DNA of 64,000 bases from Eledone cirrhosa (taxonomy: Eukaryota). Where the stretch lies: positions 54,746,001 to 54,810,000 of the forward strand of contig OZ024745.1 of the NCBI GenBank assembly GCA_964016885.1. Direction: 5' to 3'. Numbering within the stretch: the first letter of the stretch is position 1; the number at the start of each line of letters is the position of its first letter. The translations under genes were made by a program, and so were the position numbers. Shown piece after piece: positions 26,740 to 42,078 of the stretch. The notes under the pieces were generated by a model that was given only the letters and a program-made list of their open reading frames with translations, had not been told where the DNA came from and searched no databases.

Positions 26740-27169
26740 CATTCGCCATCTCTATCATAAAAATACAATAATTACAATAACATAAACAAACATGGATAGC
26801 GACAGCACCAGTAACATCACTAACACAAGCAACAATAGATATGATATTTGCTATAAGGTTTCTAGGTACGTGGTACGTATCTAGAAATGTCTATATAAGA
26901 GTAACGGCAGCAGCTGCAGTTTACGACTAGACTATTTCCACAAACACTATTGCCGCTATCTTTAATGTAATATTATTAAACGTCGCACAGAGGAGATGGT
27001 ATAACTGAGACAGTCTGACACAAACTATGCGACAGGTATTGTACATGTTTAAAAAATACCCTAATGAAGTAGAAGGAACTTGGTAGCTACTGAGCTACTT
27101 ATGATTCTTTCCGTGCCTCATTCTGATATGTATATAAACACACACACACACACACCGACACACTCGCTC

Positions 27170-28745
<1,576 letters not shown>

Positions 28746-29411
28746 TAGATATTTATAGATATATGAACATATATAAATGTGTATATACACGCAAGCACAT
28801 ATATTTAATATATACATTTGTATATGAGCATCTATATATACACATATACATACACAGGTATCTTCCACTAGAAAGCATGTGGGTGTGTCAGAAAGGAAGA
28901 ACAAGATAGAGAGTGACAGGAGGGGGAGGAAAAGTGAGAAAGAGTGAAGAGAGAGAGAAGCGAGAAAGAGCTGAAGAGAGAAATATTCAACATAATACTT
29001 GTATGGATAGTAAGATGGAAAACTAGACGGAGGACGAATGGATGGATGGATTGTTGCATTGGAAAGTCAAGGATTGTGAATATTCGATAGATGGTCGGAT
29101 CGATCGATAGATAATGCAATCGATGATAAAAATAGAATTAGAAGTAGGTGTTTGTTTCAGAAAATGCAGACGAAAATGCGCTAGGTGGATGAATGTATAC
29201 ATGGTGAGTGAGGTAGCAAGTCAACTTGCTAGCTAGTTCGATAGATTCACTGATAAATAGATATATAGATTTTGTTAAATTGATATTTGAAAATACTATC
29301 ATATATCGAAAGATTTCTCTCTCTCTCCTTTTACGTCCCTCTTTATAATATGTAGACATACACACACACACATATATATATATACACATATACATACATA
29401 CACAAACACAC

Positions 29412-29442
<31 letters not shown>

Positions 29443-29482
29443 TACACATATATATATGTCTCTATATATATGTCTCTCTCTC

Positions 29483-29565
<83 letters not shown>

Positions 29566-31448
29566 ACTTGGGTTTATCCTATAAGGTATTTAGAATATAG
29601 GTTAAAATACTGAAATGTAGTGGTTGGTACACAACTTGATGGATCGTTAGATATATAGAAATATATATCCGTTTTAGCAAGAGAGACACGGATCAAGATT
29701 GTTGAAATGAGAGGCAGCTCCGTAGGTAGATAATCGTGAGACGATTACAAGATCTCGGTGCGAATGACAAGAAATATTTATGTGGAAACAGTGAAATAAC
29801 TGATAAGTATGGATAGATACATAAGAGTATACTGGATATAGGGAATGTATCCCCCGTTAGATAAACCAATAGTGATAGAGTATAAGAGAACCAGAGAAAC
29901 AGAAAAGTAGCAGTAGCAATATAAAAATAAAATGAAAATAAAACTAATAATACTAATATATAAATTGCTGGAAAAAATGCAGACATAGTGAACACAAAAT
30001 ATAGTAAGGAAACAATAGAGAAATGTAGAGAAAGATGAACAATCAGTAGAAAGATATAATATATTATTTCCACCTACGCACATAGAGAAGTATATATATA
30101 TATATACACATATATATGCGAGAGAGAGATAGAGAGGGAGGGGGAGAGAGAGAGAAAAGGATCTAGAGACTGAGAGTGAGAGCTTGGTAGAGGGTGGTGT
30201 GATGTAATATAATGATTTGTATCTTTAACGTTGGTACAAATGCACGTATGCCGCAGGAGAGTAAAATATCCATTAGATTGATCAGTACTTCCGTACTGAT
30301 TTCTTATCAACTTCGGAAATATAAATATAGGCTTCAGAGTGATTTGATCACAATAATCTAGATACTAATTTCTAACACGACTCCTCCTATCTATACTTTC
30401 AAATTATGATTATTAGCCTAGTCACGGATTGAGGCTGTTGTGGTAAGGAGGTCTCAGTATGTGATGGGTACTTTTTCATCGATTACACGGGAATATAATT
30501 CAAATTTCGATTTGAGAGGCATAGTTGATTCTGGAATAGTAATAAAATAGCCCAAGGCATTTAGTCTGGCGCTACAAGCTTTATATCATCAAATAGCCCG
30601 AAACTATTAGGAAGCAGCTATTCCTCACAAATACCTCAAGTCACAATGCTTTGCTATATATGTAGCCGATCAATTTAGTCCAATAGTGTTTTTTCATATA
30701 TAAGCTCAAGTCCTTCAAAGCGTCTACTTAAATCCAGGGAGGCCTTTTACATCCAGGTACTGCCATCTAACGTATTTAAAGATGGTGATTTCTAAAATAG
30801 ACAAAGAGAAACCGTACATTTTAAAGGAGCCATACTCTAGGATGTTTGTATACATAACTTAGCATAACTTCTAGAATTTGCAGATGCATAATTCTAAACT
30901 TACGGTACACCGTCTTCGATAATAAAGCATGTAATACATATGATCATAGGTTTGCTCAATCAAGATTGATCAGTAATAAGACGAGTCATACGCATGTTAA
31001 TATCCTTCAAGTAAAAAGGTAAAGTTCAACTCTATGTGTTGTATTATCATTCCTACACAACCAAAAATACAGGGACGTTTTCATCCACAGTACGATTCTA
31101 CCAATTTATAATTTTATTCTTCATTTTGAAAATTGTGGGAAGAAAAATATGTCATAACAAGACAGATGGAGATTAGTGGAGATGGATAAAGAGCAGAAGA
31201 TAAACTAAGAAAAAGAGAAAAGACGAAAAGCCGAGAAGTATGGCAAACACAATGAAATGAAGGAAAACTGGTAGAGTGAGAAAGAGAGATACGGAAGAGA
31301 AGAGAAAAAAATGAGATTATTGGCTTGGACTAAGGAAACATGAGCAATGGAATTTGGTGTTATATAAGACAGTTAATTGAGGTTAAATTCTCAAAAGAAG
31401 ATCGGTTTTTAAGATAGATTATGCGAGTATATGCCAGCGAAGTTTGGT

Positions 31449-31490
<42 letters not shown>

Positions 31491-31512
31491 TATCTATCTA
31501 TCTGTCTATCTA

Positions 31513-31594
<82 letters not shown>

Positions 31595-32028
31595 ATAAAA
31601 GGCATGGACCAGGTTACAATCACTTTGTGCTTAGTTTGCCTGCTACACTGAACTTGAATGTGATTTGATATATTCCAACCTACCTCACGCCCCTCTCTCT
31701 CACACCCATTCTTAACAAGATGGTCAAAGTTTGAACAACATCTATCTATATCCATCTGTTTTATGTTTTCTATATATACGAATGTATCTATTATTGAACA
31801 ACAGCAACAATAACACAAACAAAGCACGAACTCCAATATCAGTCCGAAGATAGATACAAAGATTCATAAGTAGAACGTAGTCAACGTAGTTTATTGGATA
31901 GATATTTGGTAATTATATATGTATATATATATATATTCATACATAAGTATGTATATCTATTTATCAATCTGCCCCCCTCTCTCTCTCTATATATATATAT
32001 ATATACATATGTGTGTAATGTATATACA

Positions 32029-32114
<86 letters not shown>

Positions 32115-32756
32115 AGATAGAAGTTTAGTTATCACGCATCCCATTCACAGACAATCGATATCTTCTAATTAATTGTACAAGTTCCATCCTATGGAAGCCA
32201 AATCTGTTTCATATTTATTCCTTTTCTCTATATTGCTCCTCAAACAGGTATATTCCTTCAGTTTTCCAAGAATATCTTCATGGTATCGCTGTAAAAAATT
32301 AACAAAATTACCTCCGTTTCTTATACTTTATGAGACTGTGTATCTCTAAAACTCTCCTATATATTTCTTACTCTTTATTTATTTCTGTATTTCGTCACGT
32401 TTGAAGTAAAAGAACACACATATTATACAATGGGCTCATTGTAGTTCGACAAACATATCTCTGTCCTAGTTACGGTTCATAACTATATGGCTAGTGAAAG
32501 TGTTGTACCTTAATGACACCATAGATAGCTTAATATCTATCTATCTATCTCCGGGTGGCATAGACGTTCTTCACATCGGCTCCTCAAGTATTGGATATAT
32601 TACGTGTTAACAGTAAGTGTTGTCTGTATTCTTGCGTTATTGTGTTAATTAAGACCCTTGCCAGGGTCTTCGGACATTAGGGTTAATTTATTTCACCGCT
32701 TTTGGAGTGAAATTTTTACATCCTAAAATCTTGTAATTGTCTCTACGCTAGTGGTA

Positions 32757-34240
32757 ATGGAAGCCATTATCACAGGTAACGATGACACGTCCACTAAACA
32801 AACTGAAGGAGAGCGGGTAGCGGAAGTTACAAGCCTCCCTACTGAAAGAATAATAATTATTAGAAACATTGAAAAAATGGAACCTAACCCTAATGAAAAA
32901 AATGTGAAAAAAATTGACTCGGGTAAATTGCCAAAATTAATGGATGCCGTTTCGACTTTTCACGGCGCTACGCCCACCAGCAAAGCTGAAAGACAACGAG
33001 TAGCTGTAACTACAAGTCTCTCGGATACTGAAAATATAAGTGAACATTTTGAAAAAATGGAGTCTAACCCCAAAGGGGAAAACAATGTGAACGCATACAC
33101 CAACATAAATAACACAAACACAACAAAAAATGAAAATTGTAACAACAAAAATCAAGAAAACCACATTTCGACAAATGTAAACAGAGAGGGGGCGAAAAAA
33201 ATGTCGTTCGTGGAAAGCATAACAAATCTATCGTGTACGAACCTATTGACATTTCGAACATGGCCTAGCAAATGGAAAAGGCACGGAAGTATATAGATTT
33301 GGAGGAGAATGGTCTATTTTATTTAAATTCTCCCCCAGAGCTAAACAAGGAAAATAGCTTAAAAACTATTATTTATAGGACAATATCATACAAAACCCGT
33401 AGGCCAGTACAACTCACACAGACAGAGATTGAACTGGCTTTAAAAGATCATCTGCAAAACATTGTATTCATTCGGAAGGATAGACTCTACGGTAGTCTAT
33501 CCATCCGAAGGAAAGATAAATTGACGGCCGAAAAACATTCCCTGGCCCCAATTGTGTCCCCCTTATTTAACTTCTTCCCCACTTATTTGGGAAGAAAAAC
33601 ACAAAGATTGACCATACACAATATCGATCCAGATATTGATTTCTGGGCGGTACTGTGTGGCCTCCTCGACTTGAAAGATGATGCAGTAATTTTGGTAGGT
33701 AAGTCTTCCAGCAACGTGTTCGGTGGAACTAACCTGCAAGTTCTGGTGCAAATGCAGCCAGAACGAATTGTTAGGATCCCCGACCGAATATTGCTGGATG
33801 GGCTTGCCTACTAACACATCACAGTGGAGGGTAGACGGCCCGCTTGTTACCTCTGTGGTGGCAGAGGTCACCTGAGGGCTGCCTGTTCCCAAGCAAACAA
33901 AAAAACAGCGATTTTGCCCACACAAACAACTACAGCACTAACAACACAAGCTCCACCACCACCACCACAAAAACAACTAACACCACAAGTTAAAACACAA
34001 CTGAAAACAATCCCACCCATCCCCCCACACAGAAAACAAATACAATAACACCGACACCACAAACACGAGCCGAAAATGAACCCCTCCCATCGAATACAGA
34101 AGACGACCTCCTTTCGTCGTCAGACCCACACAACTCCAAACACCCCAACCCCACCACCCACTGATGCCCCTACACTTCCACCACCCAACCCAACAACCCA
34201 TCCCCCACCCCCATGGAAATTGTGCGGCCTGGTCACCGAG
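32757..34240 (+). pseudogene. Tx1-type ORF1 (gag-like), disrupted
   Basis: Fragments 32751-33296, 33272-33814 and 33824-34048; CYLCGGRGHLRAAC zinc knuckle followed by a Pro/Thr-rich tail. Confidence 0.8.
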
Positions 34241-34278
34241 ACGCAGAGAGATAAGTGCCTTTTCTCTTTACCACCAAC

Positions 34279-37216
34279 ATGGCTGTCTGGAGAATAGGTT
34301 GTCTAAATGCGCGTGGCCTGGGCTCACCTTGGAAGCAAACAATGCTTCTAAATGACCTCAAGTCACGATGTATAAATGTGATGGTTATTTCCGAGGCCCG
34401 GATCAGCAGCGTGCGACAGCTGTCCCCCACCTTTGATGACTTTGAGATGCACGCATCTCTCTGTCAGCCCGGAGTTAGTGACCTCCATGGTCAATCTTGA
34501 TAGAACGCATAGACAGGGACCCGGTTACTGGAAGATCAACTTTTCCTTACCGGCAAGTAAAGCTGACAGGAACCGGATTAGTACATTTGTTAAGGAGCGG
34601 TTGACGGGCGCCATCGTCAACAGCAGGTGGTGGGGCTCTCTCAAAAGAGAGATTAGAGTAGCTTCAATAGGAGTTAGTAAGGAGTTAGCCTCAGATAGAA
34701 ATAGGAAGGAAAGGGAGTTAGTAGATAGTGTAGAAGAGGCAATTAGAAGCGGCGACGTAGCCAGAGTGCTAGTGTTGAAAACGGCCTTGGGCCAGTTCTT
34801 CGACGCGAAACACGAAGGCTCCGTTGTCCGAAGCAAAATACGTGCTCTGGGAAACGAGGGGACCAAAGCTGTTAGCTGGGCCCCCGTGACAGAAGCCAAA
34901 AGTGGGACTAGATCCACTATCCGGTCTTTGCGAGACCAGGATGGACGGGTGATCCTTGAACCTAAGCAGATGTGCGAGGCCTTTCAAAGGCACTTTGCCC
35001 GATTGTTCGGATGGGACGAGGGGCCGGATGGGGATGTAGACCTCGGTCCATACCTCGACGGCCTGCCGCGTCTTTCGGACGAGGAGGCGAAGTCCTGCGA
35101 GATGCCGATCTCAGCTGCTGAAATAGGGGATGTGCTGAGCCAATGCGGCAGACGCAAATCTCCAGGCCTCGATGGTCTTCCATACGAACTGTATTTAAGT
35201 ATGCCGGACTTGTTCTTCGATCTCCTCGAAGCGGTCTACTGCAACTGGCAACATAACGGGAGAATTCCCTGTTCCGTGACCAAGGGCGTAGTCTCGCTAG
35301 TGAGGAAGGACGAGAACAAGGGGGATGAAATAAGTAATTTTAGACCCATAACACTGCTAAATGCAGTGTTAAAGATTTTGGCCAAGGTGTTATCAAAGAG
35401 GTTGGCGCTTGTCGTGGGCAACCTGGTGGGAGATGCGCAGACATACGCCATCCCATCCAGGTCCATTCACGACAACCTCCATCTCATGCGATACATCATA
35501 GAGCGGGTTGGGAACCACCGCGGCTTTGGTGGGGCCCTGATCAACTTGGATCAATCTAAAGCGTTTGATAGGGTCGACCATCGTTACCTGGAGCGGTGCT
35601 AGTGGCGGCAGGTTGCCAACCTGTTTTCAGGGACTGTATCACTGCCATTCACAGCAGCCGCATCTGCTCGAGGGTCAAGGTAAACGGCTACCTCTCGGAG
35701 CCGTTCGAAATCACGCGGTCCATCCGACAGTGTTGCCCTCTCTCCTCCCTTCTGTATGTATTGGCCCTAGAGACACTGCTGCGGAAGTTGGAGTTGTTAC
35801 AGGGCATACCTTTAGAACCGGGATTGCAGAAAGCGGTGTCGGCCTACGCCGATGACGTGACAGTAATGGTGTCAACCGCCTCGGAAATCGGAGTGATAGG
35901 CACCTTACTGGAGGAATACGAAACGTTTACAGGGGCTAAGCTGAACCGGGACAAGTCAGTCGGTTTGCAGCTCGGCGAGTGGAGGGGTAAACCGATGGCT
36001 TCCAACGGCGTCGTCGGACGTTGGAAGGAGGGCCCGGGGTAGTTGCTCGGGCCAGACCTCCAGGTGGAAAAGAACTGGGGTGAGGTATCGAACAGGGTGT
36101 TTGCGCTGACGCGGAAGTGGGCTGATTGCAATCTATCCCTGAAAGGTCGGGCGGAGGTGGCGAACGCTTATATAGCGTCTGTCATATATTACCGCCTGAC
36201 CGTTGTGCCTTGCTCAAGGGAAATGCTCACCAAAATGGAGCGCGCACTCTTCCAATTCCTTTGGAAGAAGCGGGCTTCTTTGGTGAGGAGATCCATCTGC
36301 TGTCAACAGCCTTCGAAAGGAGGGCTGGGGATGGCCGTGGCAGTTGATGCGTAATCACGCATTAAGGCTACGGCACCTCCAGGTATTCCTCACCGGTCAA
36401 CCGGTGTGGGCCGCGTTTGTGAAGCGAGCCTTTCCGAGTCTCGTTTCGCTCACCGAGCTGCTGTCCTGGGTCAAGCAAAGACCGAGAAAACTGGGCGCCT
36501 TGCACACCGAATGTGCCCAGGGGCTCACGGCTCTCTGGCAGGCGGATCCGGCTATCGGTTGAGACTCCACGTCGTCTTTCTATAGAGGGCTGGTGGTTAG
36601 TAGGGGCGACGACGCCCTCGGACAAATCCTAGGCATGGAGGAAGACGAACTGGCCAGCCTATTCGGGAGGACATTTGGCCCGGGACCTATGGACAACTTC
36701 CAGAAGTCCCTGGCCTGGCAGTACTACCGAATGGCACTGCCCGTTCGAGAAAAGCTCTACAGACACGGGCTCCCAGGTAGGGACACCTAAAAAAAAATCT
36801 ATCCCAGATGCGTGCGCGACGAGGAAACCGTTGCGCACGCATTGGTACACCGCTCGGGCGTTGCCTATCTGTGGGGCTATGTCGAACGACTGCTCTCACG
36901 GGTGGGCCCAATCCGGTTGACCACTGAGTCCATTGTCACGATCAAGTCGCCTCCCCCCTTCAAAAATGAAGGAGAGGCTGTCTTCTTCAGTGTAATAGCC
37001 ATAGTGAAAGAGGTGGTATGGTGGACACGTTTGAAAGGTCTGAGGTCGGACACCTTTCTCTCCGGCCAACAACTGGTCCGTTTCTTTAAATAACATTTTA
37101 AGAGAAGTATTAGAATGGAGAGAGAGGTGCTCTACCTCAGCAAGTTTTATGAAAGGTGGGTGAAAGTAGCGAGAATGGCCCGTGTGAATAGGCCTTCTCT
37201 CTTTATCCTCCTGTAG
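34279..37216 (+). pseudogene. Tx1-type ORF2 (APE endonuclease with large deletion, RT, C-terminal zinc finger), disrupted
   Basis: MAVWRIGCLNARGL, GPGYWKIN, KSPGLDGLPYE, FRPITLLN, LDQSKAFDRVDH, YADD at 35845-35856, KGGLG, ETVAHALVH; frameshifts and stops. Confidence 0.93.
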
Positions 37217-37467
37217 GTGGAAAGGTGGAAGTGCAAAGTAGCACCCCCTCTCTGTGCTCCTAAGGAAAAGGGTTACACAATTTTTCGGGGGTGTGTGTAA
37301 CCCACAAAACGCCTCCTCCTAATTGAGGACTGTATTGTTAATTTTATATTTGTTATTTGTTGTTTTACTCGTTCCTTTATGTTAACTCCCTCTTTGTATT
37401 TGTCCCCTTCGTTTGTGTCCTCGTGGCAAATAAATATAAACTTATCTATCTATCTAGCTATCTATCC

Positions 37468-40376
37468 ATCACAAGTTGGTGACCGGAGTGGTCAACGTTG
37501 ATAGAACACATAGACAAGGACCCGGTTACTGGAAGCTAAACTTGTCCTTACCGACAAACAAAGCTTACAGTAAGTGGATTAGTTATCTAGTTAAGCAGCG
37601 GTTGACGAGGGCAATTGTCAACAGCAGGTGGTGGGGCTCTCTCAAGAGAGAAATTAGAATAGAATCAATAGGTTTTAGTCAGGAATTAGCATCAGTTAGG
37701 AATATAACTGAAAGGTAATTGATAGATAGAGTAGAAGAGGCGATTAGGAGGGGCAACGTGGCGGGCGTGCTGGCGTCAAGAACGGCCCTAGACCAGTTCT
37801 TTGACGCGAAGCACGAGGGCTGTGTTGTCAGGAGTAAAATAGGTGCTCTGGGTAAGGAGGGAGCCAAAGCTGTTAGCTGGGCCTGAGTGACAGAGCAAAA
37901 AGTGGAAACAATTCCACGATACGGTCTTTGAAGGACCAGGATGGACGCGTGATCCTTGAACCTTAGCGGATGTGCGCGGCCTTTTAACGGCGCTTTGCAC
38001 GACTGTTTGGTAGAGGCGGCGGGCCGGGTGAGGCTATGGATTTCGGTTCATACCTCGACGGTCTGCCACAGCTCTCGGACGGGGAGGCTAAGTCCTGCCA
38101 AAGGCCGATTTCAGCCGCTGAAATAGGGGAAGCGCTGAGCCTATGCGGCAAACGCAAATCTCCCGGTCTCGATGGTCTACCATACGAACTTTATGTATAG
38201 ATGCCGGACTTGTTCTCCGATCTCCTCGAGGCGGTCTACTGCAACTAGTAACAGAACGGGAGAATTCCCAGTTCTGTGACCAAGGACGTAGTCACGCTGG
38301 TGACGAAGGACGAGAACAAAGGGCTGACATTGATAACTTCAGGCCCATAACTCTGCTAAACACAGAGTTAAAGATTTTGGCCAAGGTGTTAGCGAAGAGG
38401 TTGACGCTTGTCGTCGGGAACCTAGTGGGAGAAGCGCAGACATGCGCAATCCCATCCAGATCCACACACGACAACCTCCACTTCATGCGATACATCGTAG
38501 AGAGAGAGTAGGGTGTAAACCCGGCTTTGGTGGGGCCCTGATCAACTTGGATCAATCTAAGGCGTTCGATAGGGTCGACTATCGGTACCTGGATGCGGTG
38601 CTCGCGGCGGCAGGCTTCGTACCCGTTTTCAGAGGCTGGATTGCTGCAATGCACAGCAGCAACACCTACTCGAGGGTCAAGGTGAACGGCTACCTCTCGG
38701 AGCCGTTCAAAATCGCGCGATCCATCCGACAGGGAAGCTCTCTCTCCTCCCTTCTGTATGTGCTGGCTCTCGAGTCACTACTGCGGAAAGCAGGATTGCG
38801 GAAAGCGGTGTCGGCCTACGCCGATGACGTGACAGTAATGGTGTCGTGTGCCTCCGAAATCGGGCAGATCGGCACCTTACTGGAGGAATACGAAACGTTT
38901 ACACCAGCCAAGATGAACCGAAACAAGTCTGACGGTTTGCAACTCGGTACGTCGAGAGGCAAACCGATGCCCTACGACGGCGTCGTCGGACGCTGAACGT
39001 AGGGACCGGTGAAGCTGTTCGGGGTCTGGTTCGGACCGGACCTCCAGGTGGAGAAAAACTGTGATGAGGAAACGGGCAGGGTGTTTGCACTCACCCAGAA
39101 GTGGGCCGAGTGCAAACTATCCCTGAAAAGTCGAGCGAACACTTATATAGCTTCCGTTATCTACTACCGCTTGACCGTCGTGCCTTGCCCAGCGAAAACA
39201 CTCGCCAAAATGGAGCGCGCGCTCTTCCGATTCCTTTGGGAGAAGCGGGCCCCTTTGGTGAGAAGATCGATCTGCTGTCAACACCTTTCGAACGGAGCGC
39301 TGGAGATGCCGTGGCTGACGATGCGTAGACACGCATTAAGGCTACGGCACCTCCAGGTTTTCCTCACCGGTCAGCTGGTGTGGGCCCCTTTTGTGAGGAG
39401 AGCCTATCCGTAACTCGTCGCACTCACCGAGCTGCAATCATGGGTCAAGCAAAGACCGAGAAAAGTGGGCGAGTGGCACATTGAATGTGCCCAGGCAACA
39501 TACTATAGAGGGTTGGTGCGCAGTAAGTGCGACGACGCTCTCGGAGAGGCTCTGGGCATGGAGGAAGACGAGCTAGCCAGTCTGTTCGGAAGGACGTTTG
39601 GCCCGGGACCGATGGACAACTTCCAAAAGTCCATAGCTTGGCAGTGCTACCGAGGAGCTCTACCCGTTCGGGATAAGCTCTACAGACACGGGCACCCGGG
39701 TAGAGACCCCTCGAAGAAGATCTGTCCGAGATGCGTGCGTAACGAGGAAACCGTCATGCACGCATTCGTACACTTCCCGGGCGTTGCTGACCTGTGGGAC
39801 TATGTAGGACTACTGTCGCGGGTGGGACCAATCCGGTTGACCACCGAGTACATTGTCACGAATCAAACCGCCTCCCCCCTTCAAACACGAAGGAGAGATG
39901 GTTTTCCTCTGTGTGATAGCTATGGCGAAAGAGGTTGTATGGTGGACGAGGTTGGAAGGGCTGAGGTCAGACACCTTTCTCTCCGGCCAACAACTGGTCC
40001 TTTTTTTCAAGTACCATTTTAGAAGAAGGATCAGAATGGAGAGAGAGGTGCCCTACCCCAGCAAGTTTTATGAAAGGTGGGTGAAAGTGGCGAGAATGGC
40101 CCGAGTGAATGGGCCTTCTCTCTATATCAGCCTGTAGGTGAGAGAGGAGAGGAAGGAGGAGAGGAAGGGTACACCCGCTCATTGTGCTCCTGAGGAGGAG
40201 GGCTGCACATTTTTTTCGGGGTGTGTGCGACCCACGTCAACGCCCCCTCCCTATTGAGGCCTTCGATTGTTGAATTTGATTTGTTATATATTTTTACACG
40301 TCCCTTGAAATGTATGTAAACTCCCTCTTGTATTTGTCCCAATCTGTGATGACCTGGTCGCAAATAAATAGAAAGT
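37468..40376 (+). mobile_element. 5'-truncated L1/Tx1-type element (copy 2), in tandem with copy 1
   Basis: Begins at the end of EN (HKLVTGVVNVDRTHRQGPGYWKLN); AYADDV; CPRCVRNEETVMH; stop at 40137; 3'UTR, AATAAA, then (TATC)4; roughly 15% divergent from copy 1 by eye over the first 160 nt. Confidence 0.92.
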
Positions 40377-40423
40377 TATCTATCTATCTATCCAACTAGC
40401 TAGCTAGCTAGCTATCAATATTA

Positions 40424-40606
40424 TGGATTGGCAGTATCGGTAGAGGGTAGGACGCCATGCTTTGACGCATAGAGTTACGGCCCTTTCCATTCTGAGTTCA
40501 AATCCCGCCGAGGTTAACTTTGTCTTTCATCCTTACGGGGTCGATAAAATAAAGTACCAGTCATGTAATTGCTGGTCTTGTGCCAAAAGTAGAAACAATA
40601 TTATTA
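40424..40606 (+). mobile_element. tRNA-derived SINE, near full length
   Basis: A/B boxes, core and tail; flanking caatattat duplication. Confidence 0.92.
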
Positions 40607-41355
40607 TGTAACGGTATGTCTCTCTAACTGGCCATCCATTTATCTACCTATATATATGTATTCTATACCCATCTGTCTCTCTCGATAAAAGGAGGCAGGA
40701 AGAGGGTGTAACGAAAATGATTTCGATTTTATTCGTGAAGATCCTAATTAATAGGCAAATGATGTTCGAATAGAAAATGCCTGTTATTTAACTTCCCCAG
40801 ATGTTATAGTTATATATGTGAAATAGCAATCACGGAAAAATACACAGTCTCTTGTTAACGCAAAGAAGAATGTAGTAAGCATGTTTATTTTATACGATAG
40901 CATACACTATGCATATTACAATACACACATTATTCATGCATGTTCATATATATACATATATATTGAGATTCTCCGGTAGTAGAACCGGGAAGAGCAGAAA
41001 TCTAAGAAGTACTCGATACATGGTAAGATGCTGAGTGGGTACATTAGTGAATGTAGAGTATCTAGAATGTAGAGTATCTAGAATGTAGAGTATCTAGAGT
41101 TTCGGCCAGTTAAAACGTCGAGCTTGCGGTAGATCCGCTACTAATATATATATAGTAGCACATTGTTTTGGATAACCAAAGATGTGGGTTTGTATCCTAT
41201 ATACGTCAATGCTCACCCCCCCCCCCATTCTGTGGGGTTTTTAAAAATCCCCACTGCTAGAATAAATTCTTAGATAAAATACGGCGTAAGCACTATTTAC
41301 TAGCTATTTAAAAAAAATCTCCGCTGCTTCTAAAGAAAGCCCAGCTTTGTATCTT

Positions 41356-41414
<59 letters not shown>

Positions 41415-41562
41415 TATATATATATATATGTGTTTGTGTGTATTCCACGCACACATACAAATACACTCACACATACACACACATATATATATACTTAATA
41501 CAAATATTAATAATATTAATTGTGAGTAAGTACATTCATTTGCTGGAGAGCTTATATATATA

Positions 41563-41894
41563 TATTGAGAGTTTCTATATAAACCAAAGACTTAAGGCAT
41601 TTACAAACTGACGATTGTTTCTACCCGGGTTACGCTAGCAGTAGCAAATTATTTTATTTAATAATTTGACTACGGGTGTCATCAGAGTTTATTTTAATGC
41701 TGATACAATTTATTCTAGATAACATTCAGAACAGATTGTATCAGCATTTAAAGAAATCCGACGTCACTGGTTGTCTGCTTACTATTGGCTAATTATTAAA
41801 TGAAATGGTTTGCAATAGGTAGCCTTACCTTGGTAGAAACAATTGACAGTTTAGAAATGCCTTAATGCTATTGTTTATATACAAACTATTAATA
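41563..41894. repeat. ~330-bp imperfect inverted repeat (fold-back of an HHR-bearing element)
   Basis: ttaaggcatttacaaactgacgattgtttctacc pairs with ggtagaaacaattgacagtttagaaatgccttaa; central aatgctgatacaat/attgtatcagcatt. Confidence 0.85.
41605..41690 (-). ncRNA. Type I hammerhead ribozyme with extended stem II
   Basis: Minus strand: aaact CTGATGA c-acccg-[~45 nt incl. caaattatt/aataatttg hairpin]-cgggt-a GAAA caatcg TC agttt. Confidence 0.75.
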
Positions 41895-42041
41895 TATACA
41901 TATATATGAACAGATTATGGGCCCCAACGGCCTGAGCTCAACTGTGGAGGTCATGAATCTTTTCATATTACCCATTCTACTATTCTAAGTATCGAGTACT
42001 CTGCTGCATTATGGTCCACCTGGTATCTTACCACACCCTTG

Positions 42042-42078
<37 letters not shown>

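Larger units (their letters stand above)
32551..37442 (+). mobile_element. Near full-length, inactivated L1/Tx1-type non-LTR retrotransposon (copy 1)
   Basis: 5'UTR with hairpins, ORF1 with CCHC knuckle, ORF2 EN-RT-zinc finger, 3'UTR with AATAAA; (TATC)n on both sides. Confidence 0.92.

Noticed and set aside
34525-40182. Minus-strand ORFs overlapping the Tx1 elements
   Set aside because: Antisense shadows of GC-rich ORF2 with no independent motifs
41049-41098. Three tandem 16-bp units gaatgtagagtatcta
   Set aside because: Spacer-less micro-duplication in eukaryotic DNA; not CRISPR-like
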